Assembly: GCA_910584375.1 (NCBI GenBank)
Contig: CAJUAH010000008.1
Location: 27,031 to 91,030, forward strand
Reading direction: 5' to 3'
DNA length: 64,000 bases
Origin: an uncultured Acetatifactor sp.
GTDB lineage: Bacteria; Bacillota; Clostridia; Lachnospirales; Lachnospiraceae
The notes below the pieces were generated by a model. It searched no databases. It was not told where the DNA came from and saw only the letters and a program-made list of their open reading frames with translations. Position numbers and translations under genes: made by a program. Shown here in pieces: positions 20,865 through 32,231 of this stretch. Numbering within the stretch: position 1 is the first letter of the stretch; each line of letters starts with the position of its first letter.

Positions 20865-21572
20865 CTATTGGTTTTTGTTGATGATCCTGGAAACGTACTT
20901 TCCTGTGGCAATGTCGATATACCGCACGAACAGGGACACTTTGTTCTCCTCATTCAGGCTGTTCCACAGCATGTCCGTGAACGCGTCCATGTCATCCGTC
21001 ATCTCAACGCTCTTCGGCTCGCCCTCGAAACTGGGCAGCGGATTGCCGTCATGCATGTAAGTATGGATAAAATGTCCCTCCCCCTTGAGCGGCGTCTCAT
21101 AGGCGAAGGTATTGCGCACACAGGAGGAGCCGTCGCCGTGGTTGCTCTTTAATATGGACATGGCGTAGCTGTATCTGCCGTTCCCAATATGCATGATGCC
21201 GGATATCCTGGGCGTAAAGTTGGGGCCGTCGGGCTCAAATTCCCTGCCGCGCAGAGACTGCTCGAAAGTCAGCTGGTGATCCATGCCCTCGTAGATCGTG
21301 TCTGTCTGGTCTCCGTTGGTCACGATGGTCTTGTTGCCCAGCACGCGCACCGGAGCGTAGATAATCAGACTGGGATCTTCCAGTTTGGAAGGGTCAAAAG
21401 CCTGGGTGCGGATTCCCTCTCCGTCGGCCACAAAGATGCGGTTGCGGCTGTTAGAGCTCCTGCCCATGATAAAATATGCTGTGACCGCATGGCTTGCGTC
21501 CGGCGTCAGACCCATCACGATACCTCTGCCGGGATACGCGTTGTTTTCCAGTTCCTGTTTTAGTGATATCAT
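20865..21572 (-). CDS. purO: IMP cyclohydrolase (PurO-like)
   Basis: YPGRGI, GRSSNSRNR, TNGDQTD and EPDGPNFTPRISG; GGAGG RBS before ATG 21572. Confidence 0.88.
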   Translation of the reverse strand: MISLKQELENNAYPGRGIVMGLTPDASHAVTAYFIMGRSSNSRNRIFVADGEGIRTQAFDPSKLEDPSLIIYAPVRVLGNKTIVTNGDQTDTIYEGMDHQLTFEQSLRGREFEPDGPNFTPRISGIMHIGNGRYSYAMSILKSNHGDGSSCVRNTFAYETPLKGEGHFIHTYMHDGNPLPSFEGEPKSVEMTDDMDAFTDMLWNSLNEENKVSLFVRYIDIATGKYVSRIINKNQ

Positions 21573-21626
21573 ACCGTACCTCCTATGAATTAAAATAACC
21601 ACCTGGGCATACACAGTCAAGGTGGC

Positions 21627-21714
21627 TGCCCAGGCGGTCGGCTTGTTTTACGTTTGCACTTCCCATGGGTCATCCCATAACAGCTTTCGCTGTCTTTCCG
21701 CCAGTCGTGTAACG
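21627..21714 (-). ncRNA. ZMP/ZTP (pfl) riboswitch
   Basis: Minus strand CGACTGGCGGAA...TGGG..CCCATGGGAAG...GCCGACCGCCTGGGC; lies between a TTGCCA-17-TACTAT promoter and a terminator (about 21592-21626) upstream of purO-purH. Confidence 0.9.
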
Positions 21715-21774
21715 ATTAATTATATAGTACATGGTTTACGCCGTTTTGGCAAGTGCGGAAACCAAAAAAATGCA

Positions 21775-22380
21775 TTATGACAAAATTTTGCGAAAATCCC
21801 CAAAGCTGCCTGTTTTTGCCGCTGCCCTATGCCATCCCCTGAGTGTTTCCGTGTCGCTCTCCTGCGCAATACGGGTGCGGATATCTGCCGGAATCTCCCC
21901 AAGCTCCTCCAGCAGATCCAGTATTGACTGACCTATTCCCTCATTTCTACCTTCATTTCTGCCTTCATGCCAACTGTCCCAGATAATACCCTCCGATAGA
22001 CTACACATCTTTTGCATTTTCCCTTCTATCCCTACCGTCATAACCATACCATGCTCCTTTTCCAATATCTCTTTTTTCTTCTCCACATCCATACCGGAAA
22101 ACAGCGTTTCCAGCATCGCGATCAGTTCATTCCCGGATGGTTCCCCCTCCCAGCCCTTTCGGATATTGACGATCACGCCCTGCGCCAGCCCGATCCTGTG
22201 GGAAACTTTCTTCTGGGCGTCATAGGCGGCTGCCTCCCGCGCTGCCGCCACCGCCTGGGACAGATACGTGTCCCCAACCTGTTTTTTCTTCAATTTGTAC
22301 CTCCCTGCTCTGCATGTGTACGATCGCATCGCCAGGCGGAAGATACAAAATACATTCCAGATACCCTACCCAGAAAATCT
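21775..22380 (-). pseudogene. Degenerate Rpn-like (PD-(D/E)XK nuclease family) gene remnant; C-terminal part intact
   Basis: C-terminus LETLFS...KKKEILEKEHGM...MCSLSEG...EGRNEGRNEG resembles this family; no nuclease N-terminus and no convincing start. Confidence 0.5.
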
Positions 22381-22548
22381 CCCGCCTGTTTTCAGTTACT
22401 TTCCCTTTGGATTCCAAGCATAGACTTTCTGATGATCTGAAATAAGAAGTGTTCATCAACCGTGAAAAGAATATATGCTTTGAAAGTATAGTAGCATAGG
22501 TGATAAGGAATTGCAAGAATATTTTCCTATAAAATCTTTGGAAAAACC

Positions 22549-22588
22549 CCGTCCCGCATGTTCTCTGTTACCTCTACATGCGGGACGG
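22549..22588. terminator. Hairpin downstream of the surface protein gene
   Basis: CCGTCCCGCATGT...ACATGCGGGACGG, perfect 13-bp stem with flanking A/T runs. Confidence 0.7.
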
Positions 22589-22603
22589 AAAAATTTTTAC
22601 GCG

Positions 22604-23836
22604 TTACGCTGTATGGCCGGTGATCTCTTTCCATTCTTCACCCGCGTTTTTGCCGATGCTGTGATAATAGACCAGCAGAATAAATATCGCTGTAAGCGCA
22701 ATGCACTTTCTGGGCTTTCCGCCCCGTCTGGCCCAGGCCACAAGCCGGGAGACAAGCGCGTTCTTTGTCTCCTCCGTCATCCCGCCTTTTCGATCCGAAA
22801 AATACAGGAGCAGATAGGCAAAACCCGCGATCATGGCAAGAGTGGCGTACAACTCTATGGCTGTCGCGTCCCCGGTTACAGGCTCTTTGTCCCTGACCGG
22901 AGAGGGTTGTAGGACATCGTGGGAAGAGTTACTACCTGTGATGTCTTTACCGCCGTCATTGCTATCGTTGTTCCCATTTCCGGCGTTACCGCCATTTCCT
23001 CCGCCGTTATTCTCATTGCCGCCATTTCCGCCCTGATCGCCGCTGATGTTGTTAGGCGTATCCCTATAGATGATCGCATATATGGAGAAACGGTCTGTTT
23101 CTATGGTAATGGTATTCGGATCGCTGTCCAGATCCGTCAGTGTTTCAGCCTGTCCATTATGCATGCGGATCACCGCATAGGCTCTGGTGTTTACGCTGTC
23201 CGTATTTCTCATACTCTCCGGCACGGCAATGACAAGCCTTATCTTATTCGCCGTTTCGGTTATATCCTCGCGGGTTTCCCCGACCAGCTTATACAGGTCA
23301 ATATGCAGATACTGTCCCACGCTGAAACCGTTCAGCGCCTGCTCTATGCTCTTCTTATCCGTATCGCTCACAGTGTTTCCGGCGTCCTGTACTTCCAGAA
23401 CGATGCTGATATCGGTTCCGTTCTGCACCTGCTGCTTTTCCTCCGGCGTAACGGTTCCGGTTCCCGACTCCGTTCCCGTTGCCGGGATGGTCCCCGTTTC
23501 CCTGTACTGGCAGGTCCGGCAGTCCCTGTGCCTTGTCCCTGTCTCGGTTGCCGTTGCCCCTTTGTCTGTTACCCAGTCTCCAAAATTGTGATCTTCTCTG
23601 TCAGTCTCGGCGCCGCAGGAGCAGATTTTCCAATGCTGCACATCATCATGTTGCCAATCCTCATAGTTGTGGGTATGACTTTCTCCCGTCGCTGGCGCAA
23701 TCTGATACCCGCACACCGTACAGGTCTGGGGCGTTGTCTCCGTTGCCGCCGCCTCCGATTTTCCGTCGATCAGCAAACCGGAGAGCGTCGCCGTATACCC
23801 TTTCAGTCCTTCGGATCCATCCAAAAATCTTGTCAT
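22604..23836 (-). CDS. Cell-surface protein, probably N-terminally truncated
   Basis: His/Cys repeats (CTVCG, HTHNY, HWKICSCG, CRTC), Gly/Asn linker, EPVTG followed by a TM helix; no signal peptide. Confidence 0.6.
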   Translation of the reverse strand: MTRFLDGSEGLKGYTATLSGLLIDGKSEAAATETTPQTCTVCGYQIAPATGESHTHNYEDWQHDDVQHWKICSCGAETDREDHNFGDWVTDKGATATETGTRHRDCRTCQYRETGTIPATGTESGTGTVTPEEKQQVQNGTDISIVLEVQDAGNTVSDTDKKSIEQALNGFSVGQYLHIDLYKLVGETREDITETANKIRLVIAVPESMRNTDSVNTRAYAVIRMHNGQAETLTDLDSDPNTITIETDRFSIYAIIYRDTPNNISGDQGGNGGNENNGGGNGGNAGNGNNDSNDGGKDITGSNSSHDVLQPSPVRDKEPVTGDATAIELYATLAMIAGFAYLLLYFSDRKGGMTEETKNALVSRLVAWARRGGKPRKCIALTAIFILLVYYHSIGKNAGEEWKEITGHTA

Positions 23837-24043
23837 TTCATCCGCCAAGCTCCCGGATCGGGCATTTTCTTTTATTACATCACAAAAATACACGCAAATG
23901 ACACATATTACAAAATTAACGGGTTTCATGACGAAAATAGCAGAAAAGTTGATTGCAAACCGATAGTTGGAAAAATCGTTGTTCTCTGGTATACTATGTA
24001 TGAACGTAGCGAACAAATAAGGAGACAGGGAGGAAAGATCACT

Positions 24044-24757
24044 ATGATCCATATCGCGATATGCGAGGACGACACGAAATATCTGGCACATCTGCGCGAT
24101 ATCCTGTGCCGGACAAAGATTCTTTGTGATATTACAGAATATACCTGCGCCGAGCCGCTGCTGCTGGATCTGGAAACCGGTCGGAAACGTTTCGATCTGT
24201 TTCTGCTGGATATCTATCTGCCCGGCCAAAGCGGCGTGGAGGCCGCCCGCCATATCAGAGCGTTGGATGAAAAAGCCATTATGATCTTTTTGTCATCCAG
24301 CGAGGATTTTTACCGGGAGGCATTTGATCTCTACGCTTTCCATTATCTGATCAAACCTGTAGACCCCGACGAGCTGACAAAAGTTCTGCAAAAAGCTGCC
24401 GATCAAATCTGTGCTCCGGAGGAAACGCTGCACATCATGTTCCGCGGGCAAAATACCGTACTGCGGCATACGGATATTACCTATATAAACAGTTTCAACC
24501 ACGCCCTGTACTTTCATATGCGGGACGGACAGGAATATATCTCCTATGGCAGACTTGACGAGATCGAGGCGCGGCTGGCCTCCGAGGTGTTTGTGCGCTG
24601 TCATAAGAGCTTTATCGTCAATCTCCTCCATGTGGACAGGCTGACGCCGGAAGGGTTTCATATCGGCCATACGCAGATCCCCATATCCCGCAGCTATGCG
24701 TCTGACGCCAGGGAGAGCTACCGAAAAGGGTTGTTCGGCGTCTTTCAGGACAGTTAA
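24044..24757 (+). CDS. LytR/AlgR family response regulator
   Basis: IAICEDD, LLDIYLP, YLIKP and FVRCHKSFIVNL; GGAGG RBS. Confidence 0.93.
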   Translation: MIHIAICEDDTKYLAHLRDILCRTKILCDITEYTCAEPLLLDLETGRKRFDLFLLDIYLPGQSGVEAARHIRALDEKAIMIFLSSSEDFYREAFDLYAFHYLIKPVDPDELTKVLQKAADQICAPEETLHIMFRGQNTVLRHTDITYINSFNHALYFHMRDGQEYISYGRLDEIEARLASEVFVRCHKSFIVNLLHVDRLTPEGFHIGHTQIPISRSYASDARESYRKGLFGVFQDS

Positions 24758-24788
24758 GCGCGGCTGGACATGACGTTTTCGGGAAATA

Positions 24789-24841
24789 AAAAAGGAGCTG
24801 TGAGAGGTCCCTGTGGGAATGGCTCTCTTACAGCTCCTTTT
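24789..24841. terminator. Bidirectional intrinsic terminator
   Basis: AAAAGGAGCTGTGAGAG...CTCTTACAGCTCCTTTT between convergent genes. Confidence 0.8.
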
Positions 24842-24864
24842 AAATATATCGCATATCCTGTCCT

Positions 24865-25626
24865 TTACATGCTGCCGAACATCCTCGTAATCAGCGTATC
24901 ATTCTGCATCTTCTTGCGCATCATACCCATGCGGTAATCCTCTAACAGCTTGTTTTTCTTCTGCTCGGAGACCGCTTTGGGGATATCCAGATCTTCTATC
25001 CGGCTCCTGGCGCTCAGATGGTTGTAGGACGCGCCCGTGTTGTAATTGTAGGCATGTTCCATCGCGTTGGTGTACGCTCCCGTGCTGCTGCGCGCCTCGC
25101 TGATCTTTTGCATAGCCGCGTCCAGCACGCCCATGTCAAAACTGCCCGTAACATTATAGCCCTCCAGTCCCAGAGACTTCAGCGAGAGATTCTCCATCTG
25201 GATCTTGAGCCCCGTACCGTCGGCATTCATCGCGATATCCATATCCGCCATACTGCCGTCTAACAGTTTCATCTCGTTAAACTGGGTCGCGGTGGCCGTA
25301 TACTGAATCCCCTCTAACAGTTGGTCCACTTCCTTCTGAATCATCTGCTTTTCGGAATCGCCGTAGAGACCGTTGGAGGCCTTGAGGCTGAGTTCGTGAA
25401 TCCTTTGCAGGGAATCCTGCATGGATCCCAGCGCGCCATCCTTGATATTTGCCGCGCCGATGCCGTCCATGATATTGGAGGCGCCCACATCCAGCCCGTT
25501 GTTCACTCTCTTCAGCTTGTTGGAGATGGCCAGTCCCGCCGCGTCGTCCGCCGCCGTCTGGATCCTTTTTCCGCTGGCAATCTTTCCATACAGGGAATTT
25601 GCGTAATTCACACCTGAAATATTCAT
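24865..25626 (-). CDS. Short flagellin-family protein
   Basis: SGKRIQTAADDAAGLAIS, LQRIHEL, QFNEMKLLDG and SRIEDLD. Confidence 0.88.
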   Translation of the reverse strand: MNISGVNYANSLYGKIASGKRIQTAADDAAGLAISNKLKRVNNGLDVGASNIMDGIGAANIKDGALGSMQDSLQRIHELSLKASNGLYGDSEKQMIQKEVDQLLEGIQYTATATQFNEMKLLDGSMADMDIAMNADGTGLKIQMENLSLKSLGLEGYNVTGSFDMGVLDAAMQKISEARSSTGAYTNAMEHAYNYNTGASYNHLSARSRIEDLDIPKAVSEQKKNKLLEDYRMGMMRKKMQNDTLITRMFGSM

Positions 25627-25687
25627 GTCCGCTCCTTTCCTGCGCGAGATCATCCGCGCATAATCCTCATATCCTTATTTCACTTAT

Positions 25688-25716
25688 ATTATAGTACATT
25701 TGCCGCTTAGACGCAA
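25688..25716 (-). promoter_or_regulatory. Sigma-A-type promoter upstream of the flagellin-like gene
   Basis: TTGCGT-17 bp-TATAAT. Confidence 0.6.
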
Positions 25717-25746
25717 GACTGATTTCGGGAAAAATTTCCACCGCTT

Positions 25747-27231
<1,485 letters not shown>

Positions 27232-27314
27232 TTAGATTTGCATTCGAGTGTAACAAAATTGACAGCCGCTGTCAACTGTCAATTTGTGTTTTCTGAAATA
27301 TTTTTTTGATATCT

Positions 27315-27812
27315 TTAATCCGTAAATACTTTTCTGGGCGCGACGTTGCGAATAGCCTTCACGATCTCCTCGGAAGGACTCAGGATCAGTTTCTCGCCGC
27401 CCTCATAATACACGGCGTAACGCAGATCCGGTTTCAGCTCTTCGCCGATGCTGTAATCCCTGACCTTGACCTGACGGTTTTTGTAATTGTCCAGTCTGTA
27501 GGAGCGAAACGGCGCCATGATCTCCATACGGTCCACCTGGTAGGTGCCCACGCGCTTGCGCCTGCTCTTTGCCAGCACCTTGTCGATGACCAGCTCCTTG
27601 TCCAGATACAGATATTCATACTCCAGATCGGAATACAGTGTGACAAAATAGGCTCCCACGCCGGTGATGGCTCCGGGAATAATCGCCAGAATGATGCCCA
27701 GCAGCATCAACAGCCCGAATACGACGGTCAGGCCGATCAGCAGATATTTTAAAAATACCATTCCGGTCCTGGATTTTGCCTTTACCAGGCATTCTACATA
27801 AGTCTCGCTCAT
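27315..27812 (-). CDS. Conserved membrane protein (DUF6106-like)
   Basis: Two TM helices followed by LEYEY...IDKVLAKSRRKR. Confidence 0.65.
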   Translation of the reverse strand: MSETYVECLVKAKSRTGMVFLKYLLIGLTVVFGLLMLLGIILAIIPGAITGVGAYFVTLYSDLEYEYLYLDKELVIDKVLAKSRRKRVGTYQVDRMEIMAPFRSYRLDNYKNRQVKVRDYSIGEELKPDLRYAVYYEGGEKLILSPSEEIVKAIRNVAPRKVFTD

Positions 27813-28059
27813 ACTTTCCTCATTTCCGCATAGCCCGGGGCGCCGCGCTGACGCATGGCTCCCTGTCAGGAGTTTACCTCCGGGTTATCCCTTGTCCTAT
27901 AACAGAATGATATACCAGATGGAACAAACTTGCAAGGTTTTTATCCTTTTTTTAGATTCATATTATGAACGCTTTATTGACAGTCCTGTGCGAAACCTTT
28001 ATTATTCATAAGTAGGAACGGTACAGACTGTTCTTCATATCTGGATTGGAGGGATCGGT

Positions 28060-28818
28060 ATGCCGGTAATGGACGAGTTTCGCGAAGAGCGGGAAGCGAT
28101 AAAACAAAAAAGCCTTAAGGAACGTCTGCAATATTTCGTGGACTATTATAAATGGCATGTGATCGGAGGGGTAGCGCTGATCGCCTTTGTCGTATCTCTG
28201 ATATACAGCGTGGCCACCCGCAAGGACTGGGTATTTTACGGCGCTTTTGTCAACTCCTACCAGACGCCCGCTTACGACGCTTTCCGGGAGGATTTTGCAC
28301 AGCGCGCAGGCATCGACTTGAATAAATACGACGTTTTGTTTGACTCCAATATGTACATCACCGACAACGCCTACGACCAGGGCAACGTGGACGCCACGGA
28401 GCGTCTGGGGGTCTATATCGCCGCGGGGGATGTGGATGTGATGGCAAGCGGCCCCCTGGTTATCAACCGCTATGCCTACAACGGCATGTTCCGGGATCTG
28501 CGCCAGGTACTGCCCCCGGAATTGCAGGCGCCGCTGGAGTCCTGTTACTATTATATGGATGCCGCCGTCGCCGCGCAGATCGAGGCCGCCCAGGAGAGCG
28601 GCGCGCTGGAGACCATGCCCGTATATCCGGCTGATCCTTCCGATCCGTCGGCTATGGAAGACCCGATCCCCGTGGGACTGTATATTCAGGACTGTCCCCG
28701 TATTCAGGAGACTTTCGTATTCCAGGAGGAAGATGTGATCCTGGGGGTGCTGGGCAATGTGACGGACACGGAATCCGTTCTGCAGCTTATCCGCATGATC
28801 TACGAACTGGAAGAATGA
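28060..28818 (+). CDS. Hypothetical membrane-anchored protein
   Basis: GGAGG RBS, YFVDYYKWH plus TM helix, solute-binding-like remainder. Confidence 0.65.
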   Translation: MPVMDEFREEREAIKQKSLKERLQYFVDYYKWHVIGGVALIAFVVSLIYSVATRKDWVFYGAFVNSYQTPAYDAFREDFAQRAGIDLNKYDVLFDSNMYITDNAYDQGNVDATERLGVYIAAGDVDVMASGPLVINRYAYNGMFRDLRQVLPPELQAPLESCYYYMDAAVAAQIEAAQESGALETMPVYPADPSDPSAMEDPIPVGLYIQDCPRIQETFVFQEEDVILGVLGNVTDTESVLQLIRMIYELEE

Positions 28819-28867
28819 TCCGATGGCCCGGCTGGCCGTCAGATGCAGGGGCCGCTCCCGCCGGGAG

Positions 28868-30319
28868 TCAGGCCCCTGTTTCGTCCCGGCGCAGCAGCTC
28901 CCGCAGCAACTCGGCCACGCCCACCGGATCCGCCTTTCCCCCCAGCGCTTTCATGACCTGTCCCACCAAAAATCCCAGAGCCTTTTCCTTGCCGCCCCGG
29001 TAGTCCGCCACGGACCGGGGGTTGGCCGCCATCGCCTCCCGGGCCGCCCTGCCCAGGAGCTCCCCGTCGCCCACAGTTTTCAGTCCCTTCTCCTCCACAT
29101 ATTCCACGGGATCCACATCGCTCTCAAACATAACCTCATAGACTTCCTTGGCCACGCTGCCTGTAATCACCCTTTTATCAACCAGCCCGATCAGAGCCGC
29201 CAGATGCCCGGGGCTGACGCAGATGTCCTGGGCGTCCATATTCCGTTCCCGCAGCAGCCGCAGCGTCTCGCCCATCAGCCAGTTGGACACCTTTTTCGGC
29301 TGCCCGCAGATCGCCGTGGCCGCCTCAAACAAATCCGCCATGCGTTTGCTGTCGGTGATGATCCGGATGTCATAGTCGGGAATGCCGTACTCCTGTCTGT
29401 AGCGTATCCTCTTCTCCGTGGGAAATTCGGGAGCCTGGGCCCGTATCTGCTCCAAATATGCCCGGTCAATGCGGACAGGGGGCAGATCCGGGTCGGGAAA
29501 ATAGCGATAGTCCCTGACCTCCTCCTTGGAGCGCATGGCATGGGAGCATCCCGCCCCGTCGTCCCAGCGGCGGGTTTCCAGGACCACCTTTCCGCCTCCT
29601 TCCAGCAGGGCGATCTGCCGCTCCCTCTCTGACGCTATAGCTCTGGATATGGCGTGGAAACTGTTCAGATTTTTCATCTCGGTGCGGATGCCCGGCGCCG
29701 CCGTACCCGCCTCCCGCACGGACAGATTGACGTCCACCCGCAGGGAACCCTCCTGCAGCTTGCAGTCGCTTGCTCCCAGGTACTGTATGAGCAGACGCAG
29801 ATTTTCCAGAAAAGCAATGACCTCCTGGGCGTTTCCCATGTCCGGCTCCGTCACGATCTCTATCAGCGGCACACCGGAACGGTTGTAGTCCACCAGCGTG
29901 TGTCTGCCGTCCTCGCAGTGGATCAGCTTGCCCGCGTCCTCCTCCATGTGGATCTCATGGATCCGGATCCGCCTGCCGCCCTCCGGAACTTCGACGTCCA
30001 CATAGCCCTCCCGGCATACCGGCAGATACAGCTGGGAGATCTGGTAGTTCTGGGGATTATCGGGATAAAAATAGTTCTTGCGGTCAAAGCGGCAATATTC
30101 CTCCACCTCACAGTGGGTCGCCAGCCCCACCGCAACCGCATAGTCCAGCACCTGGCGGTTGAGCACCGGCAACGCGCCCGGCATACCGGTGCATACAGGG
30201 CAGGTGTGGCTGTTGGGGCTGCCTCCAAAGGCAGTGGAGCAGCCGCAGAAAATCTTGGTCCTGGCAGCGAGCTCCACATGCACTTCCAGTCCGATCACTG
30301 TTTCATATTCTCTGGTCAT
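28868..30319 (-). CDS. gatB: Asp/Glu-tRNA amidotransferase subunit B
   Basis: IGLEVHVEL, FDRKNYFYPD, HMEEDAGK and YRYFPDPDL. Confidence 0.97.
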   Translation of the reverse strand: MTREYETVIGLEVHVELAARTKIFCGCSTAFGGSPNSHTCPVCTGMPGALPVLNRQVLDYAVAVGLATHCEVEEYCRFDRKNYFYPDNPQNYQISQLYLPVCREGYVDVEVPEGGRRIRIHEIHMEEDAGKLIHCEDGRHTLVDYNRSGVPLIEIVTEPDMGNAQEVIAFLENLRLLIQYLGASDCKLQEGSLRVDVNLSVREAGTAAPGIRTEMKNLNSFHAISRAIASERERQIALLEGGGKVVLETRRWDDGAGCSHAMRSKEEVRDYRYFPDPDLPPVRIDRAYLEQIRAQAPEFPTEKRIRYRQEYGIPDYDIRIITDSKRMADLFEAATAICGQPKKVSNWLMGETLRLLRERNMDAQDICVSPGHLAALIGLVDKRVITGSVAKEVYEVMFESDVDPVEYVEEKGLKTVGDGELLGRAAREAMAANPRSVADYRGGKEKALGFLVGQVMKALGGKADPVGVAELLRELLRRDETGA

Positions 30320-30328
30320 AGCCTTACC

Positions 30329-31804
30329 TCATACATTGTGGATATAGTTATGCGGCTGGAATCTTTTAGCCGTCTGCTCGTAAGTATAGGCCGCCCGCAG
30401 CAGCTTTTTTTCCTGAAAGCAATCTGCCATAAGCTGCACTCCAATGGGAAGTCCCCCGCTGTCCGCGCCGCAGGGCAGGCAGATCCCCGGCAATCCGGCC
30501 AGGTTGGCCGAGACCGTGTAGATGTCCCCCAGATACATGCGCAGCGGATCCGCCAGATTGTCTCCCAGGCGCGGCGCTGTGGTGGGGGCCACAGGCCCCA
30601 GGAGCAGGTCATACCGTGAAAAAGCCCGGTCAAAGGACTGTTTGATCATGCTCTTGACCCGCAGCGCCTTCAGATAGTAGGCGTCATAATATCCGGCGCT
30701 GAGCACAAAGCACCCCAGCAGGATCCGGCGTTTTGCCTCCGGACCAAAGCCCCGGGAGCGGGTCTTTCTGTACATGTCCTCCAGCCCCTGTGTCTCCGGG
30801 GCACGGTATCCGTATTTGACGCCGTCGTAGCGCTCCAGATTGGAGCTGGCCTCAGCGGCGGCTATGGTATAATAGGTTGGGATCGCATAGCGCACCAGCT
30901 CCAGGTTGAACTCCTCTATTATGGCCCCTCTGTCCCGCAGCGTCTGCGCCGCCCCCAGCACCGCCTCCTTTACCTCCGGGGCAAGCCCCTCCCCAAAGTA
31001 ATCCCGGGGCAGACCGATGCGCAGGCCTTTCACATCCTCCTGCAGCGCGCCTGTAAAGTCCATGTCCTGGGGTTCTCTTTTTATGGAGGTGGAGTCTTTC
31101 GCGTCATAGCCGGAAATGGCCTCCAATACCGCCGCGCAGTCGGAAACGTCCCGAGTCAGAGGACCTGCCTGATCCAGGGACGAGGCGTAGGCGATCAGCC
31201 CATACCGGGACACGGTTCCGTAGGTGGGTTTCATCCCCACCACACCGCAGTGACCCGCGGGCTGGCGCACAGATCCCCCGGTATCGGAGCCCAGAGCAAA
31301 AAAGCACTCCCCCGCCGCCACCGCCGCGGCGCTGCCCCCCGAGGAGCCGCCGGGCACATGATCGAAATCATGGGGATTGCGGGTCACGCCATGGCAGGAG
31401 GTCTCCGTGGTGGAACCCATGGCAAACTCGTCCATATTGGTCTTGCCCACCAGCACGGCCCCCGCCGCCTCCAGCCGCCGTACCGTCTCCGCTGTATAGC
31501 CGGGCACAAAATCTTCCAGCATTCGGGAGGCGCAGGTGGTGCGCAGTCCTTGGGTACACAGGTTGTCCTTCACCGCCATGGGCACTCCGGCCAGGGGCCC
31601 GGTCAGAGCTCCGCTCTCGATCTGCCGCTGCACCGCCTCCGCCCGACGCCGCGCCCCCTCCCGATCCACAGTCACATAGCAGTGACAGGTTTCCTCCTGT
31701 CTGTCTATCCGGGCCAGCACCGCCTCCAGAGCCTGGGGCGCGGTGGTTTTGCCCTCCCGGATGGCCGCGGACAGTTCCACGGCCGAAAGTGATAACAAAT
31801 TCAT
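30329..31804 (-). CDS. gatA: Asp/Glu-tRNA amidotransferase subunit A
   Basis: GKTNMDEFAMGS, GGSSGGS and GSDTGGSVRQPA. Confidence 0.97.
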   Translation of the reverse strand: MNLLSLSAVELSAAIREGKTTAPQALEAVLARIDRQEETCHCYVTVDREGARRRAEAVQRQIESGALTGPLAGVPMAVKDNLCTQGLRTTCASRMLEDFVPGYTAETVRRLEAAGAVLVGKTNMDEFAMGSTTETSCHGVTRNPHDFDHVPGGSSGGSAAAVAAGECFFALGSDTGGSVRQPAGHCGVVGMKPTYGTVSRYGLIAYASSLDQAGPLTRDVSDCAAVLEAISGYDAKDSTSIKREPQDMDFTGALQEDVKGLRIGLPRDYFGEGLAPEVKEAVLGAAQTLRDRGAIIEEFNLELVRYAIPTYYTIAAAEASSNLERYDGVKYGYRAPETQGLEDMYRKTRSRGFGPEAKRRILLGCFVLSAGYYDAYYLKALRVKSMIKQSFDRAFSRYDLLLGPVAPTTAPRLGDNLADPLRMYLGDIYTVSANLAGLPGICLPCGADSGGLPIGVQLMADCFQEKKLLRAAYTYEQTAKRFQPHNYIHNV

Positions 31805-31818
31805 CCGCCAGCCCTCCT

Positions 31819-32112
31819 TCAATCCACGGTTCTGGGAACCACAAACATGTGATTCTCCGCGCAGGGAGCATTGCGCAGCGTCTCTTCCCTGCCGTCCCCG
31901 CCTGTCACCTCGTCCTCCCGGAACACATTCTCCACCGGAAATATGTGGAATGACGGTTCCGTTCCCTCCGTGTCAAGTTCTCCCAGGACGTCGATATAGT
32001 CCAGCATCTTTTCCATATCCCCTGCGGCCTGACGTTTCTCGTCACCGGTCAGCTCCAGCTTAGCCAGAGTGGCGATATAGTCAATCATATCGTCTGTAAT
32101 CCTGTCTGCCAT
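31819..32112 (-). CDS. gatC: Asp/Glu-tRNA amidotransferase subunit C
   Basis: IATLAKLEL...NVFREDEV...NAP...FVVPR; directly upstream of gatA. Confidence 0.93.
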   Translation of the reverse strand: MADRITDDMIDYIATLAKLELTGDEKRQAAGDMEKMLDYIDVLGELDTEGTEPSFHIFPVENVFREDEVTGGDGREETLRNAPCAENHMFVVPRTVD

Positions 32113-32174
32113 AGTTACCTCTTTTCCGCACAGCGCGCACTCACCTCGCCTCTGTAACGCCCTGCGTCCCATCT

Positions 32175-32231
32175 CATTCTATCCGTCTCGCCTTATTCTG
32201 TCCGTCTCGCCTTATTCTGTCCGTCTCGCCT
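32175..32231. repeat. 3 x 19-bp tandem repeat
   Basis: Unit TATTCTGTCCGTCTCGCCT; two exact copies and one with two mismatches. Confidence 0.9.

Noticed and set aside
19667..21714. Split purO + purH under a ZTP riboswitch as a novelty
   Set aside because: Known arrangement in Clostridia; listed as features only
22919..24043. 612-aa extension of the LytTR regulator and 549-aa version of the surface protein
   Set aside because: Antisense shadow extensions; RBS and domain boundary support a start at 24044
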